Of a stretch of 64,000 nt of DNA, positions 23,761 to 36,990 are shown piece by piece. The DNA comes from Hydrolagus affinis. Lineage: Eukaryota. The DNA is taken from contig JAAILG010000403.1 of NCBI GenBank assembly GCA_012026655.1, positions 1 to 64,000 on the forward strand, in the 5' to 3' direction. The notes beneath the pieces are model-generated. The model made no database searches and had not been told where the DNA came from. It saw only the letters and a program-made list of their open reading frames with translations. Numbering within the stretch: the stretch's first letter is position 1; every line of letters begins with the position of its first letter. The position numbers were made by a program, and so were the translations under genes.

Positions 23761-24714
23761 TTATTTCAAGAAAAAAAATTATGTCGCATGGAGTAAAGAG
23801 ACTGCTAAGATATCAGGGTCTAATTTGGAATCATCCAATGCTAGCAAAACTCACAAATCATTACAAAATCAAGCTGAAAGTGCCCCAAATCTGTTCACTG
23901 CTAATGCCAAGGAGACAGAAGAATTGACAGCTGATACCTTTGTACCTGGTAAGGTCAATGAAACAAAATGACACTTCTCACTTTGACAACAGCAGCGAGA
24001 CTTACTACCGGTAAAATTGAGCAGTTTCTTAGCTTTGCCTATGGCAAGGTGAGACATTCAGCCTTTCTGGGGATAAAATCAGGTTTTCAAACCTGTGACT
24101 GCATCAGACAAATCGAGCATCTTAACATTGGGATCTAATTTGCAACAATCATAAACTTATTGTGAAACATGACTTCTGTTGCGTAAATATTGGACAGAAA
24201 TCCCAAACTGGCAAATTATGAAAGGGTGTGGGGGGGTGGCGACAAGCAAAACACTGATGGGAAAAGGCCAGTGTCCAGGTCTCAAACATCCTTCTTGTTA
24301 ACATGCTACAGCTATTGATTGCTCTCTGTATACAGAAATTCTTCTTGTTGTTTATTCTAAAATTGGTCTCTGCAGTTCTGAGTCTGTGTTATTTTGTCAC
24401 TTTGCCTTGAAATTTCTAAATACATATATAACCTTACCATTTAAGTTTGCATTTTATATACTTTTGTAAGATTTTCTCTGAGCTATCTCTTTTTGGTGCT
24501 GAAGAGCCCTATCTTATCTAATTATTCCTCTTGGCCTCATCCTTTTAACAGTGGAGTTTAACCTGGTTGTGCTACTTCAGGCCCAGGGTCGCTCCCATAT
24601 GTCTTGATGTCAACAGTTCTGTCTAAGAACTGAATACCTTGGAATTGATGGCAAGTTAACAGTTAAAAGACTGATTTAATGCTGAGTCTGTCAATGATTC
24701 TTTAATGGCTTGGC

Positions 24715-25042
24715 TTGGAGTTCTGAAGCTTAGTGGTTAGAGTGCTTGCAAGCGAGAGACCTGGTGGGGTGAAATGTTGGACAGAAACGTTTCCTTACTC
24801 CACACACCTCTGTTTACCTAGAGGTGTGTAGGAACCTGGTTGTTAGTCGATTGGCAGAATGCTTTTCTAGGGGCAATAATTCCTTTTTTTTAAAATAATC
24901 AATTGCACTGTTGTGTGCAATTGGCTGCCATATTTTCTCCACAAGAATAATCTATTCACTTTGCAGTATAGTCCGTAAAGCGATTTGAGGCATCTCGAAG
25001 ACATAAGACGCTGCATCAAATGCAAGGTTTATTATTATTATT
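24715..25042 (+). mobile_element. tRNA-SINE, long-centre variant
   Basis: GCTTAGTGGTTAGAGTGC head; TTTCCTTACTCCACACACCTCTGTTTACCTAG..CCTGGTTGTTAGTCGATTGGCAG centre; ATCAAATGCAAGG(TTA)n tail. Confidence 0.85.
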
Positions 25043-25314
25043 GTTGCCTTTTCTACAGAAACTATGATTCAAACATGCTTTTTGCGGATAATTGCCAACC
25101 TATACAAGAGACGTCAAGGATGTGTCACAAATAACTCCAGCGACACTGAATGTAAACCCATTTAAATATATAGAGCCAGCCATGTTAATGAGAAATGCCT
25201 GGATTTAGATCTGTATACCATTAGATTTATACTGAATTATAATTTCCTTTTCAGCGAGGCTTTAAAGAAGTCACTGCAGCCAACTTCAGAGAAGCAGATC
25301 CAAGGTTATAATTC

Positions 25315-25682
25315 CAATGCAGACTTTTCTTTCACTTCTTAGACCTGAGTTTGAATCCAAATCTAATTGCATAAAAGTGTTCTCTCTGAAAGGAGTGTGG
25401 GCAGTCTCAACCTGCTCTCTCGTGGGCATAAGCTGTCAGCACAAAGTGGCCTATAATTTGGTATGAATTGATCATCTCACTCAAAGAAAGAATAAGTATA
25501 GCTGGTATGGGAATAGAAATGTCACAGTGGTGTAGAAAGGGTAGCAGATTATAGGAAGCTTTCATACCACTAAACTGTGCGCTATCAGACTTGGAAGTGC
25601 TTGGTGCAGACACTGGAAGCAAAACGTTGAAAATGTTCCATTCCATAGGATTGATGTTCCTTGTCTTAATAAGATCACAAAT
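25315..25682 (+). mobile_element. Ancient SINE, LF-SINE/AmnSINE2-like, near full length
   Basis: CTTTCACTTCTTAGACCTGAGTTTGAATCCA head; GGGCAGTCTCAACCTG..GCACAAAGTGGCC..AATTTGG centre; GGAAGTGCTTGGTGCAGACACTGG..TGTTCCATTCC tail. Confidence 0.55.
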
Positions 25683-27789
25683 TGACCCCCTAATCGTGAA
25701 TTACTTCCTGCTGGTTCCCATTTGCAGAGAATTAATGATCTCAAAATAAGATGCTTCTTAATTCAATGCTTTTAATGCTAATCTAGAAACCCATAACATT
25801 TAGATTGAGTTGATGCAAAATGTTTTAGAGTTCAGTGTTTTATGTTGTAGAGCTGATTGCAGAATCATTAAATGGGCTGTGATACAAAGCTTTGCACTGT
25901 GGTTATTTTTATCTGGATTTCACAGAAACTTTGATTCAAACAAGATTTTTTGGCAGAGTAATAATGCATTTATTATAAATTAACTGGACTGTAGTTCAGT
26001 ATTCCATGTCCACATTTCAGGCTGATAACAGTCACACTACTTGGCATTAAATCTGAGGGCAATCTGATGTCAGCAGTTTCTTTTCCTTTTAAACTATTAT
26101 TAAATACATTAGTCACCATTCAATGAGCTCAGTCTGAGCAGCCAGATTGAATGTTCGCAAAACCCCTCGACATTGTCTGTGAACCTTGGATGTAAGATTA
26201 GGCAGCGCTGTGATGTGATCTTAGCATAACTGGAGTTTGTTTTGAAAATGTTGCATTGAAAGCTCTCTTGATTTCCTGTTTCCAAAATTATTTGTGCTGT
26301 TGGATTTGGGGGAGGAAGATGTGGGAGATTGGAAATTCTGAAACCACTGTGCAACAAGGGTTGTGAAGGAGCAGCCTGCTATCACTGCTGCTCTTTGAAA
26401 CTAACTTTCTCCATGCTGATACCCAGCTAGGTGGATGCCCTGGGGATAATTATGACTATTACTAATGACCTTTTAGTGCATGGTAATACTCAGGTCAGCA
26501 GATTGCTTATGAAGCAGGGGTGACAGCTGTGCACTGCTGCTTTGGTGGGCAGACAATCCAAGATGAATGCTGGAACATTAATGGTTACTGCACTAAGAGT
26601 TCTGGTGGGAGGATTGCTCAGAGAACTTTGAAGCACCTGTTTGCCTCTTAAGTACGATTGCTGGCAGAGGTGATTAATGTGGACAGGTGCCTTGGATTTG
26701 GCTCAAATAAAAACTGCTGGTTAATGGTGAAAGCTGCTGGTGTTGGCACAATTTCAAAGAACTGGGAGGTCTCTTGGTGACCCAGTCAAGTTTTATCCTT
26801 CAACAAGAAATGGTTTCAATTTGCTCATTTGTCTCATTGCTCTTTGTGGATTTTGCCAGCACAGATTAGCTAGCACATTTATTCTATAATAGGAGGCACT
26901 AAAAAGATAGAATGATCAACATAAGATAGATTCCCCCCCACCATCCCTCCACCCCACCCCCATTAAATGAGGCGGTACAAGTCATTTCAGTGTAATAAGA
27001 ATAAAACATTACATCAAATGGAATTACAATTTATTATTTATTTAATGAGTTATCTTAGTTGTGACTCTCTCAGCAGAATAGAATACTGTTAATCCATTGA
27101 TTTTTTACTCTGTACATTTTGCAACGATTGAACAATCAGGCACAAATACAAAGTAGGCGAAGGTATCTTCCATCTCCACATAATTAAAACTCAACACTAG
27201 AAAATACAGTGAATCACAATTCCCACATTATCTCATCCATTAAGGCATTCCCCACTCAGCTGAGGGTGTAGCCACAAAACAGGACACAATGATTACGCAG
27301 TTCCAATGCACTGAATGAAGTGATGATTAATCATTGTTCCTATCATAATGGTATTGACCATTGTCGTAGATATTGACCTTCTAACTGTGATAATCATGAG
27401 ATTTTACCCTTCCAAAGCATCCTGTATCTTTCATGTCAGATGGCTTCCTTTGTCTTGGTAAATCATCTGCCAAATCTCAATCTCAAAAAGACTCAGGAGA
27501 TCGAAAAGGCTCTGCGACCTAAATTATTTGGAAATGGCAACAGGGTCCAGGAGGATTTCAAGTGATTATTCTAACCTGTGAGCCCACTCAGTGAGCATCA
27601 ACAGGTTATCTGACCCTGAGTACATTACAACCAAAACTGCTCTTAACCTCATTCCACATTTGGAGAATAGTGCACTGGATAAGAATCCCGAATAGGAATG
27701 CTTGCTTATTTTTGTCTACTCCCCACAACTCCTCCCCCATCCAGTGGCACTGAGATGTTTGCAAGATCAGCTATTATAACATTATAATG

Positions 27790-28015
27790 ATAATATTGTA
27801 TTTGATATATCGCTTTTCACGTCTTCTAGACGTCTCAAATCGCTTCACAGAATATACTGTCAAGAGAATTGATAGTATATATTTTGCGGGCGAAACGTGG
27901 CAGCCAATTGCACACAGCAGTGTCCCACGATTGAAGTGACCAATTTATTACTTTTTTTTAAAAAAAAATTGCGGGATTATTATCAGGCGAATGGAGTAAG
28001 GAAACTTGCCCAAGG
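27790..28015 (-). mobile_element. tRNA-SINE lacking its head
   Basis: Collinear with the reverse complement of about 36375-36612. Confidence 0.9.
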
Positions 28016-29134
28016 CAAGATTTGAACAAGATTTGAGTCTAAGATCTTCCTGGAATCTATGGCTGTACATAGAAATGTTCAGGAAATTCCGAGACTCCTT
28101 TAGCCACCAAGCCTGAGAACACTCTCTCCAAGAGGATAAAGTGAGATTGGTTTTAGATTATTATCTTCAATACAAATGGTCTGTACACCTCCATTGGATC
28201 ACACCCTTGTAACTACTCCCAGATATCAACCCTTTCTCACGTAACATCTGAGCTCCTTACTTAAATTATTATTATTATTGCCCCAGATATCATTATGTAT
28301 TGTTCAACACATGCTGTTATTTTCCATATGAATTTGCGATTGTTTAACAATAACTGTTAGAGGCTATATAAAAAAAAATCTTGCTGTGGCAGTTTAACGC
28401 TGTGTTCTAGCTTTGCAATGATGCACAATGGAGTTTGTACTTTACAAACCAGTGGACAGAAGAAGCTTCCAACAATAGTTTCATGAGAGCCCAATTCTCT
28501 TCGTTTGTTATACTGTGCAAGGTGGCATCAGCCAGTCATTTAGATGTATGCATATAGTTTTATCTTGCCTGCCTTTCAGATGGTACAGTCCTTTTCCATC
28601 TCACCCTAAAATGCCTGTTAAATGAATTCTTCTCAGTCAGAGCCCTGCAGAGAGCTGTCAGGAGCGTAGGTAGCTTGTGTGAGCGAACACTCTCCAGAAT
28701 GGCTCAGAGACATCCAATGGTGTGTTTTAGAGGAATTTGCAGTAATTAGCTGCTGATACTTGGCTTGCTCAGACAGCCTCGGAACTGCACTGGATCACAG
28801 ACAGGTAAAAAAAAACCTTAGCTGCGAATTAATTGCAAAGCAATGGGTTTTGGACAGCAGAGTACTTGGGCATTGTGGTAATGTGGTTTAAGGACAGTAA
28901 CTGGGAAGTAAGTGTGGGCACAGCAAAGGGATTAACTTACTAAGGCTCTGAACTAGAAGGCGAAACCTGCAGCCAGAGTGCTTCAGCTGTTGAACTGTTG
29001 GCCACACAATTGTAATTGTGAAATCATTTGAATACTAACACAAAGATCGTCACGTTCAGTAATGAGAGTGGGGGGGGAGAGACCAGTAACAGTGCTTCTC
29101 TCTGTTTTGCTATCATAGAATCTAGGTTAAAATG

Positions 29135-29175
29135 TTTTTAAGTGTATATATATTTACTGTATATATATATATATG
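29135..29175. repeat. (TA)n microsatellite
   Basis: Direct inspection. Confidence 0.8.
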
Positions 29176-29874
29176 AGAAGCTGTTACAATCATGACAGTG
29201 CCATATATTATATTTAAGACTTCATGTTGTAAGTTTGTTACTGTTGTTATTTGAATATACATGTACATATAGCAAAGGGGGACATGGCATTATTTCAAGT
29301 TCTGTCAGTTTCTAACTCCCACTCATGAAGACAGTTGCTACCTTTACCTTTACAACTCCTTTCTCTATTCTCACTTTTTACGTTACAAAAAAAATCTGTG
29401 TACGGTGAAGAAATGTACCACAAGCAACGGAATGTTTCTTTTTGTATCGAAAGGAAAAAATGGAAAAGAAGATATTTGTTTGGGATTTCTGCTGTACCAA
29501 ATATATTTAGAAATAAATATATATTTTTCCCCCACAAAAAATTGAAGTAAAATCCTGATGTTCCAAAGCCTTGAGCAGTCTATCATGTTCTAAACTGTAA
29601 GTATGTAAATAATCTAATCAATGGAAATTACCTGTACTATATTTAGCAAGGTTGGACTGCGAGAGGTGATGACGTTTCAACAATATTTAAAGCCATCCTC
29701 CAATAAATGGTTTGTTTACCTGCTCTTTCCCCTCTTTCTCTACATTCTTTCTCTCTCACTGTAGCCCCAAAACATGTATGCAGTTGGAAAGTGTGCAACC
29801 GCCTCTCCATCGTTCCTTACTAAACCAACCTTCTTTTTCCTGCCCAAGAGTGGGAGGCGTGCATGGCACTAAAA

Positions 29875-30052
29875 TGAGATATAGTGCTTTTCACATCTTA
29901 TCGACGTCCCAAAGCGCTTCACAGAATATACTGTACAGTGAATTGTCAGTATATATTTGTGGGCAAATCGTGGCAGCCAATTGCGCACAGTAGGTCCGTG
30001 GATTGAAATGACCAATTTTATTATTGTGTTTTTTTTTGGAGGGATTATTATT
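29875..30052 (-). mobile_element. tRNA-SINE 3' half
   Basis: GATATAGTGCTTTTCACATCTTATCGACGTCCCAAAGCGCTTCACAGAATATACTG..GGCAGCCAATTGCGCACAG. Confidence 0.9.
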
Positions 30053-30244
30053 TCTCAGTCACATACATTAATGTGAGAAATATGGTGTAAGACTACTGAA
30101 TACACACAGTATTTATCACAGCATTTGTTGTTAACCATAGCTCATCCCTCAATTATTTTGCAATGATCTATCTTTCTATAAGGAGAGCTGGATGGAGTAC
30201 CCTTGTTATCCCTTTCTCTAGGAAGACAGAAACAAACAGAACAA

Positions 30245-30560
30245 AATAATCCTTGCATTTAATATAGTGCTTTTCACATCTTATCGACATCCCAAAGCAC
30301 TTCACAGAATATACTGTAAAGTGACTGTATATTTATGGGCGAATCACGGCAGCCAATTGCGCACAGCAGTGTCCCACAAACAGTCGTGGATTGAAATGAC
30401 TAATTTTATTATTGTGGTTTTTTTGGATGGATTATTATTATGTGTGTGGAGTAAGGAAACTTGCCCAAGGTTTCGCCCTGACCAGCCTGGATTCGAACAC
30501 AGGTCTCCCCAGCTTGGTCTCCCCAGCTTGTAAGACAAGTGCTCTAACCACTAAGCTCCA
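30245..30560 (-). mobile_element. Full-length tRNA-SINE (short variant)
   Basis: Complete reverse complement of 36297-36612, with a 14-bp tandem duplication GGTCTCCCCAGCTT in the tRNA-derived head. Confidence 0.93.
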
Positions 30561-32744
30561 CTCCAAAACAATGAAAAAGTTCCCAGAACCAACTCCACAG
30601 TGATACTATAAAATGGTGATACCATCTAATTTTAAGGTTTCACAAATGACTAGAAAGGTCTCAAGATTAATTCTTGTTTTGCAGTGTCACCCAAACCCTT
30701 TAATACAGTAATATGTTTACTTATAGTTATGTATGTATCAACGCATCCATCTCTATAAATCAATCTGATTTTCAGAACTCTTTCCATCTTAAATGTTGCA
30801 GGTTGATTTCCTTAATTTTGATAAATGGCCTGCTCACTGACTGTACCAATATTCCAATATCTAGCTTGAATTGCCCATTTTGTTGCTTCCAGGTATTGAT
30901 TGGTGGATGTATTGACATCTACTAAGAAGTATTCAATGGGCAATAAATCTAAGTTAGTGGATAGAGAGCAAGAAAGGCATGTGCGTCTATCTTGTAACTG
31001 TGGCTAATCGGCTAAGATCCTTGTTCTCTCTTATGGGAGTATATGACTGAAATGAACTTATTGACAGATCCTCCGATTGACCCACTAAAATGGGTAAACA
31101 AAGAACATGACAAATTGATGAGCAACATACACTAACCAAGTGATCAAGAAAGATCTAACACAACTGAGTCATCCGACTTGCAGAATGGATATTTCCTTAA
31201 AGCAACGCGTTCTTGAATGGCTCCAAAATCCAGATGCTGTATTGAAAAACGAATGCAACTTCAGTAACTGTTCCATCCCCATCGATCAGATCCAGCCTCC
31301 TATTTAGTCATTTGAACATTTCCTATCTCCCCACTTGTTTTCTAATAATGCTACTCAATCTCATCCACTGGGTGAACACTGTTGACTCTCTGATGATTGA
31401 TCTACTTTGGTGACAGTTTGTTCTTAAATATAACTGTTAGCTTGACATTTCCTACAATATGATTCCCGACAGGCAAGCTTCGAAGTGCTTTGTGGTGATG
31501 TCAATGATCTAGCTCGGTGGATAGCGTCCTGTGTTCGCCATTCCCTGAAAGTAATGCAACTTATCTTCGCATCTGTCCAACAGGCATTTAGCTGACTTCG
31601 TTTGAAGCAATATCAACACATTTCATGCAAAGCTAGGAATATGCTGCCGCAGCTATCGCCATGTTCGCTATTGGAGAAGCTAAACATTGCATTATTCCCT
31701 GCACATGCTGTAAGACAAACACTTTTGTTTTTACCGACAGATCTAAATGGGGATACAATAATATTTTTGGCTTTGCCCTTTGTTCTCCTCTGTTCATTTT
31801 GTTCTTCAAATGAAAAAAAAGCCCCTGCTTTAATTGAATACTTTTAAGTCAAGGTACCTACAGATCAAATCCATTTTGCTCAGAATGCACACAGTCATCA
31901 TCTGTGTAATGGTTTGTATGACTTCTAAATGAACCCCTAATGAATTGTAATGAGTTTGAAGCATATTAATAACAGTAATTTTAGAATATCTTCCTAATGA
32001 TTGAAAGTGCACACAAAACAGTGCAACACAAATCATTTTTTTCAGAAGGATTTCATGTTGTTTTTCCCCTTTCTCATAATGCTACACAATCTTCCTTCCT
32101 GCATCATGCAGCATTCACAGCGAAGAGAACAGTTCAGCAGTTTGCTTCAGGCATCTGATGATGCCACTCCGAGCCAGTCACTCTTATGTCTACTAGAATG
32201 AACTGACCATGGCAAGGCTGAGATAGATCAAGGGAATTGCAGATGGAATCTTTCATTTCAGCTGTCGAGGATAGTGTACCAGAATTCCAATGGGACGTCA
32301 CATGCAGTGTCCCCAAAAGAAAAAAAAATCACACAGTATTTCATTGGGAACTGATTTTTGCCTGAACAGAAATAGACCATCATTTACATCGCTTGGTAAA
32401 TCAGTAACAGCATGAGCTCAGAATTGCCACTGGAAGAGTTAAGGGGTTGGGGGAGATGAGAAGAAAGATTTTCATCCAGAGAATCGTCATAATGTGAAAT
32501 GTTTTGCTACCAGTGGCTAACAGGAAAAAAAGGAATCAAGTGAATAATTGACTGGCATGTTTCTAAGGAGCTGAATGTCCCACCATATATTAATTACCAC
32601 ATACATAATGGTTTCAACACCAGAGGAAACCTGAATTTTATGTTGCAAAATGTTACACCGAAGGCTATACTTTAGTGCATCAGATATCCGGAGCATGCAT
32701 TATGTTTCCATATTATGACTTTGGTATATATGGCATTGTCTAGA

Positions 32745-33082
32745 TAATAATAGTTGTAGCATTTGATATAGTGCTTTTCACGTCTTCTGGACATCTCAAA
32801 GTGCTTCACAGAATATAATGTAAAGTGAATTGACTATATTTGTGAGCGAAATGTGGCAGCCAATTGTGCATAGCAGTGTCCCACAAACAGTCATGGATTA
32901 AAATGTCAAGATAAAATTTAAATGACCAAGACAAGCCCAAGATTTATTATTGTGTTTTTTTTAGGGATTATTATTAGGCATGTGGAGTAAGGAAACTAGC
33001 CCAAGGTTTCGCCCTAACCTGCCTGGATTCAAACACAGCTCTCATGCTTGTAAGGCGAGTGCTTTAACCACTGAGCTGTAGG
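32745..33082 (-). mobile_element. Full-length tRNA-SINE (short variant)
   Basis: Head, centre and tail all collinear with 36297-36612. Confidence 0.92.
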
Positions 33083-36000
33083 CCTGAATTTGATCTGGAA
33101 CATTGTTATGCAATTTACTATCGTGTTGATCTGAAGTCTTGGAAAGCAGCTCTCTGCCACATTGACCTAGATCATAATGTTGAATTATAACCACATAATG
33201 CCACACATTGCTAAGAGAGCTTGAAGGGCTATGCTTTGATATGTCCAGGAGGAATGTTAGACAGTGGCATTGAGCAAGCTTGCTATGCCAGCTGGGTCAC
33301 TCCAAAAACCTTTGGCAGCTGCAGTAGTAAAGGGTCTCAGGACATTAGTATCTTTTTAGCAAATCCTGCTAATGTTCTGTCCCCTGCTGAAGCCAACTGA
33401 TTCCCTTATCTTTTCAGCTGATTAGTCCCAAAGGTGCCGGTTGACCTCCAGCTAATGGACTCCTATCATGTCTTCACTTGTTGACCACCCACACACCTCC
33501 AGCAACGGTTGCTTGTTAAATGATCAAAAGTGGGCTGCTTCTCTTCCTCGCTTCCTGACTACAAGCAAATGCCCGATCCCCACCCCCACCCCTTCCCTAG
33601 CCATTACCCTGCAGACACAGCTGAAACAGGGAACATGCATGTGAGGTGATGGATGTCAGCCTTCATTTACAGCATCATGTCATATTTGTTGGTGATATTC
33701 ATACAGTGCCAATTGCAATGGAGTGTTTCTGGAGAGTTTTATGTGCTGCCTTTGTCACGTGTAACAGAGATACTGACAGCTTCTGTACAGCAGAAAAGCA
33801 GGACTATGTTTCCGAGGCAACAACAGCACATTACAATGCACTGACTCATTTTCTTGTTTATATATAGAACTTATTTTAGTAGTGCGCTAGTGATTTCATC
33901 CCTCCCTCAAGGATTTGACATGATTTTTCCTAAATCAAATGGGAACGGTAATACATGAAAGGTAGCGTTTAACACAGGCGGTGCCAGGTGCTGTGCTTTT
34001 TATAAGTTTATTTCAAGCAATGAATGTATGTATGTACTGTATGTCATGCCACCTGCAGCTAAGCACTTCATCGAATGAACCTCTTGCCAGTTCGGGGGTA
34101 TTCTTTAACCTGTGTCACAGATATTAACTGACACTAGCCTGCAGTATTGAGGTTAGATGCAGAAGAATGTTGTTAACATTCAGCACAGCTTAGTTACATA
34201 TTGGGAGCAGTGACAAGATTCAAAGCCATCACAGTGTGGTCACCTACCTGCCCATTCCCATGAGCGGTTTGTCCCCTCCTGCATATCACAGCACCCTTCT
34301 TCGCAGTTTCTTGATAATTAGGGATCATTAGCAAACTTGGAAAAGAAAATTCCCAAATTGCAGAAATCTACGCGCGCTGAACAAACCAGTTGTCATGGCT
34401 TATTGAGCGAAATTCCTAACAATTGACTCCAAATCAGTATTTGATTTACCTTATACAGTATTATTGAACTGGCGTGGAGAGTAAGATGCATGGAGCACTG
34501 ATAGCCCTCAAACTACTCGAGTAATGACCAGGAAATATTATAAACTGTAATGGTGCCCTGGAGTGTGTCCAATCTAATAAGAACTCTGGATGGGACTCTC
34601 CTGGTTTATTTCATCTGCAACCTTTGATTAGATAACTACCTTGGAATCAGCCCCTTGCTCTCCGCTGCTCTTTACATGATGTCGACTGGACCAAATATCT
34701 CCCATGGAATTAATTGCACAATATTTCTTGACCAGAGTATAGTACAGTACTGATAACAAAATTAAGCACCTGTACTCTTTCTTTGAACATCTCCCTGTAC
34801 CGCCTGCATTGGTGATTTTTTCTCCGAAATAAGCAGTGCACTGTTGAAAAATAAATCTACCAAGACAGCAAAAATTCTGGATGTGACCGTTTGATTCCAT
34901 TAAATGTGACTGATCGCATTTCAAGGATAATATGTGTGCTTCAGACAATGTCATAAACTGCTCCAACTCTCCCAGTCTTTGCTGACATCTGAACCCTTCG
35001 ATACAATTACATCCCTGTGATTGACTCCCTCCTACATTATCAGCTTTCTATGTTTAGTGTAGGAAGGAAGCAGCAAATGAACCACGGCAGAGCAGTAATG
35101 CGCTTTAGCTTTTACTTGTACTATTCACTTGTAACATGTACTCAAATAACATGAGAAGCCAATTAGGTCCTTCCACTGCTTGTACCCATCTGGCTTGGAT
35201 CAGTTTACAGTTTGATGGAGCTCCACACAGACCCCATGAGTAAAGAAACTATCCGACCCCAACAGATTCCATCAAACACAGGCAGCAATACCTCCAGACC
35301 TGCCTCAGAAATACACTCGAAGAAGAGGATTCAGCCCTGCTCCTGTTTGTATCATATGTTTTTTTTATTTTATTATGTGTTTAGGATGAGGGGAAAAAAC
35401 CCACGAGGATTCAGTCACCATAGAAACGCAACTAACATGTCATAGCCAGGCTGTGGTCCTGCAGAGCATGTTGCTGGAAGCAGGGTTATTAAATTTCCAG
35501 GAGTTAAAAATGAACTGTTGTTTGGCTTATCAGTTAAAAAAAATACTATATGAGTGTAAAAAAAATGATTGCCCGTTGTCTCCTCAAAATCCTGTTGTTA
35601 CACAGCTATTGGTTCTACTGTTATAAGTCGTAGCTAATTTCCTGCCCACTCCTCGGATTCCACGATAAAATCTCACCTAAAAGTCAAGGCTGAACTCATG
35701 CTGTGCAAATGAGGTCTGTGTTCACAGGATTGACTGTAAAGCTCCAGTGACTGGGTATTTTGTAAGTGAAAGTGTGAACTCTGAGCCAGGAGGGGCAGGC
35801 AGGGGTGGCAGAAGCAACTGCAGTCAGATAAATTTTGTGCTTCGATTCAATCAACGTTAAGGAAACTCATAGCTCAAAGCAAGTAAAAGGAAACAAGCAA
35901 AGTGATTGTAACACCAGGCATACAAGAGAGGTGGGGGGGAGGGAGAAAAAGAGAGAGAAGAGGAAAAAAAATCAGCTTTTTAAAAAAAAATTGAGAAAAA

Positions 36001-36296
36001 AAACAAAGCTCTTGCATGATTTTTTACAAATGCTTTTTGAAAACATAACCTTTATACTGGACTGAGTCAACATTATTTGGGCAACAAATCTAACTTGTAA
36101 TTTCAGTGAAGTACAGGATCAGGCTTGATAGTATTTGATTGTATGCGTGTCAACACGGCTCTAATGAGGGCCATTGTTAACCATGAGTGAGAAAATTGTG
36201 GGTCAGGATTTTACTTTGACATTTTACTTCCTAGTCAATATCTCAGTTGACATTCCGGCAAGTCGGAGTGATGCATTTTTAGAGGTATTGTTTTTT

Positions 36297-36612
36297 GCTC
36301 CTGTAGTTCAGTGGTTAGAACTCTCGCCTTACAAGCGTGAGACCTGTGATCGAATCCAGGCAGATCAGGGCGAAACCTGGGGCAAGTTTCCTTACTCCAC
36401 ACGCCTGATAATAATCCATCCAAAAAAAAGCACAATAATAAAAATTGGTCATTTCAATCCATGGCTCTTTGTGATATACTGCTGTGCACAATTGGCTGCC
36501 ACATTTCGCCCACAAATTTACAGTCAATTCACTTTACAGTATATTCTGTGAAGCACTTTGAGACATCGATAAGATGTGAAAAGTGCCATATCAAATGCAA
36601 GGATTATTATTA
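36297..36612 (+). mobile_element. Full-length tRNA-SINE with L2-type (TTA)n tail
   Basis: GCTCCTGTAGTTCAGTGGTTAGAAC (A box), GATCGAATCC (B box), GGGCAAGTTTCCTTACTCC (CORE-like), CTGTGCACAATTGGCTGCC, GAAGCACTTTGAGACATC..ATCAAATGCAAGGATTATTATT. Confidence 0.93.
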
Positions 36613-36629
36613 ATAATATTATTACTATT

Positions 36630-36990
36630 ATAATAATCCTTGCATTCTGTATATTCTATCACATTGTCAGATTGTTTCACAAGATTTACTGTAATATGTA
36701 GTGACTGTATTTTGTAGGTGAACCAATTTCGTACAGGAGTGTCCCAAGACAGCTATGAAGTGATTCAATTTTATTTGGAGGATTCTTGACCAGGACAATT
36801 GGAGAAACTCCTTTTTCTTTTCAAATAGTGCCATGGGATCTTTACTGTCTACTAGAAGAGGCAGAGGATGGTATGTACCTCCACAATGCAGCCCTCCCAG
36901 CATTGAACTGGAGTTTCAACCTGGACTGTGAGCTCAATGTCCCATTGTAGAACTTGAATCTTCTGACTCCAAGGCTCTCAACTCAGTCCA
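36630..36990 (-). mobile_element. DeuSINE (SacSINE1-like), tail-to-tail with the preceding SINE
   Basis: Plus strand TTCAAATAGTGCCATGGGATCTTT (Deu-type core), CAATGCAGCCCTCCCAGCATTGAACTGGAG and TTCTGACTCC (head). Confidence 0.75.

Noticed and set aside
25772-25783. TTAATGCTAATC, matching the 5' end of miR-155
   Set aside because: The match ends after 12 nt and no precursor hairpin is evident
32494-32515. miR-203-like GTGAAATGTTT
   Set aside because: Partial match lying in what looks like a decayed CR1 fragment; no hairpin
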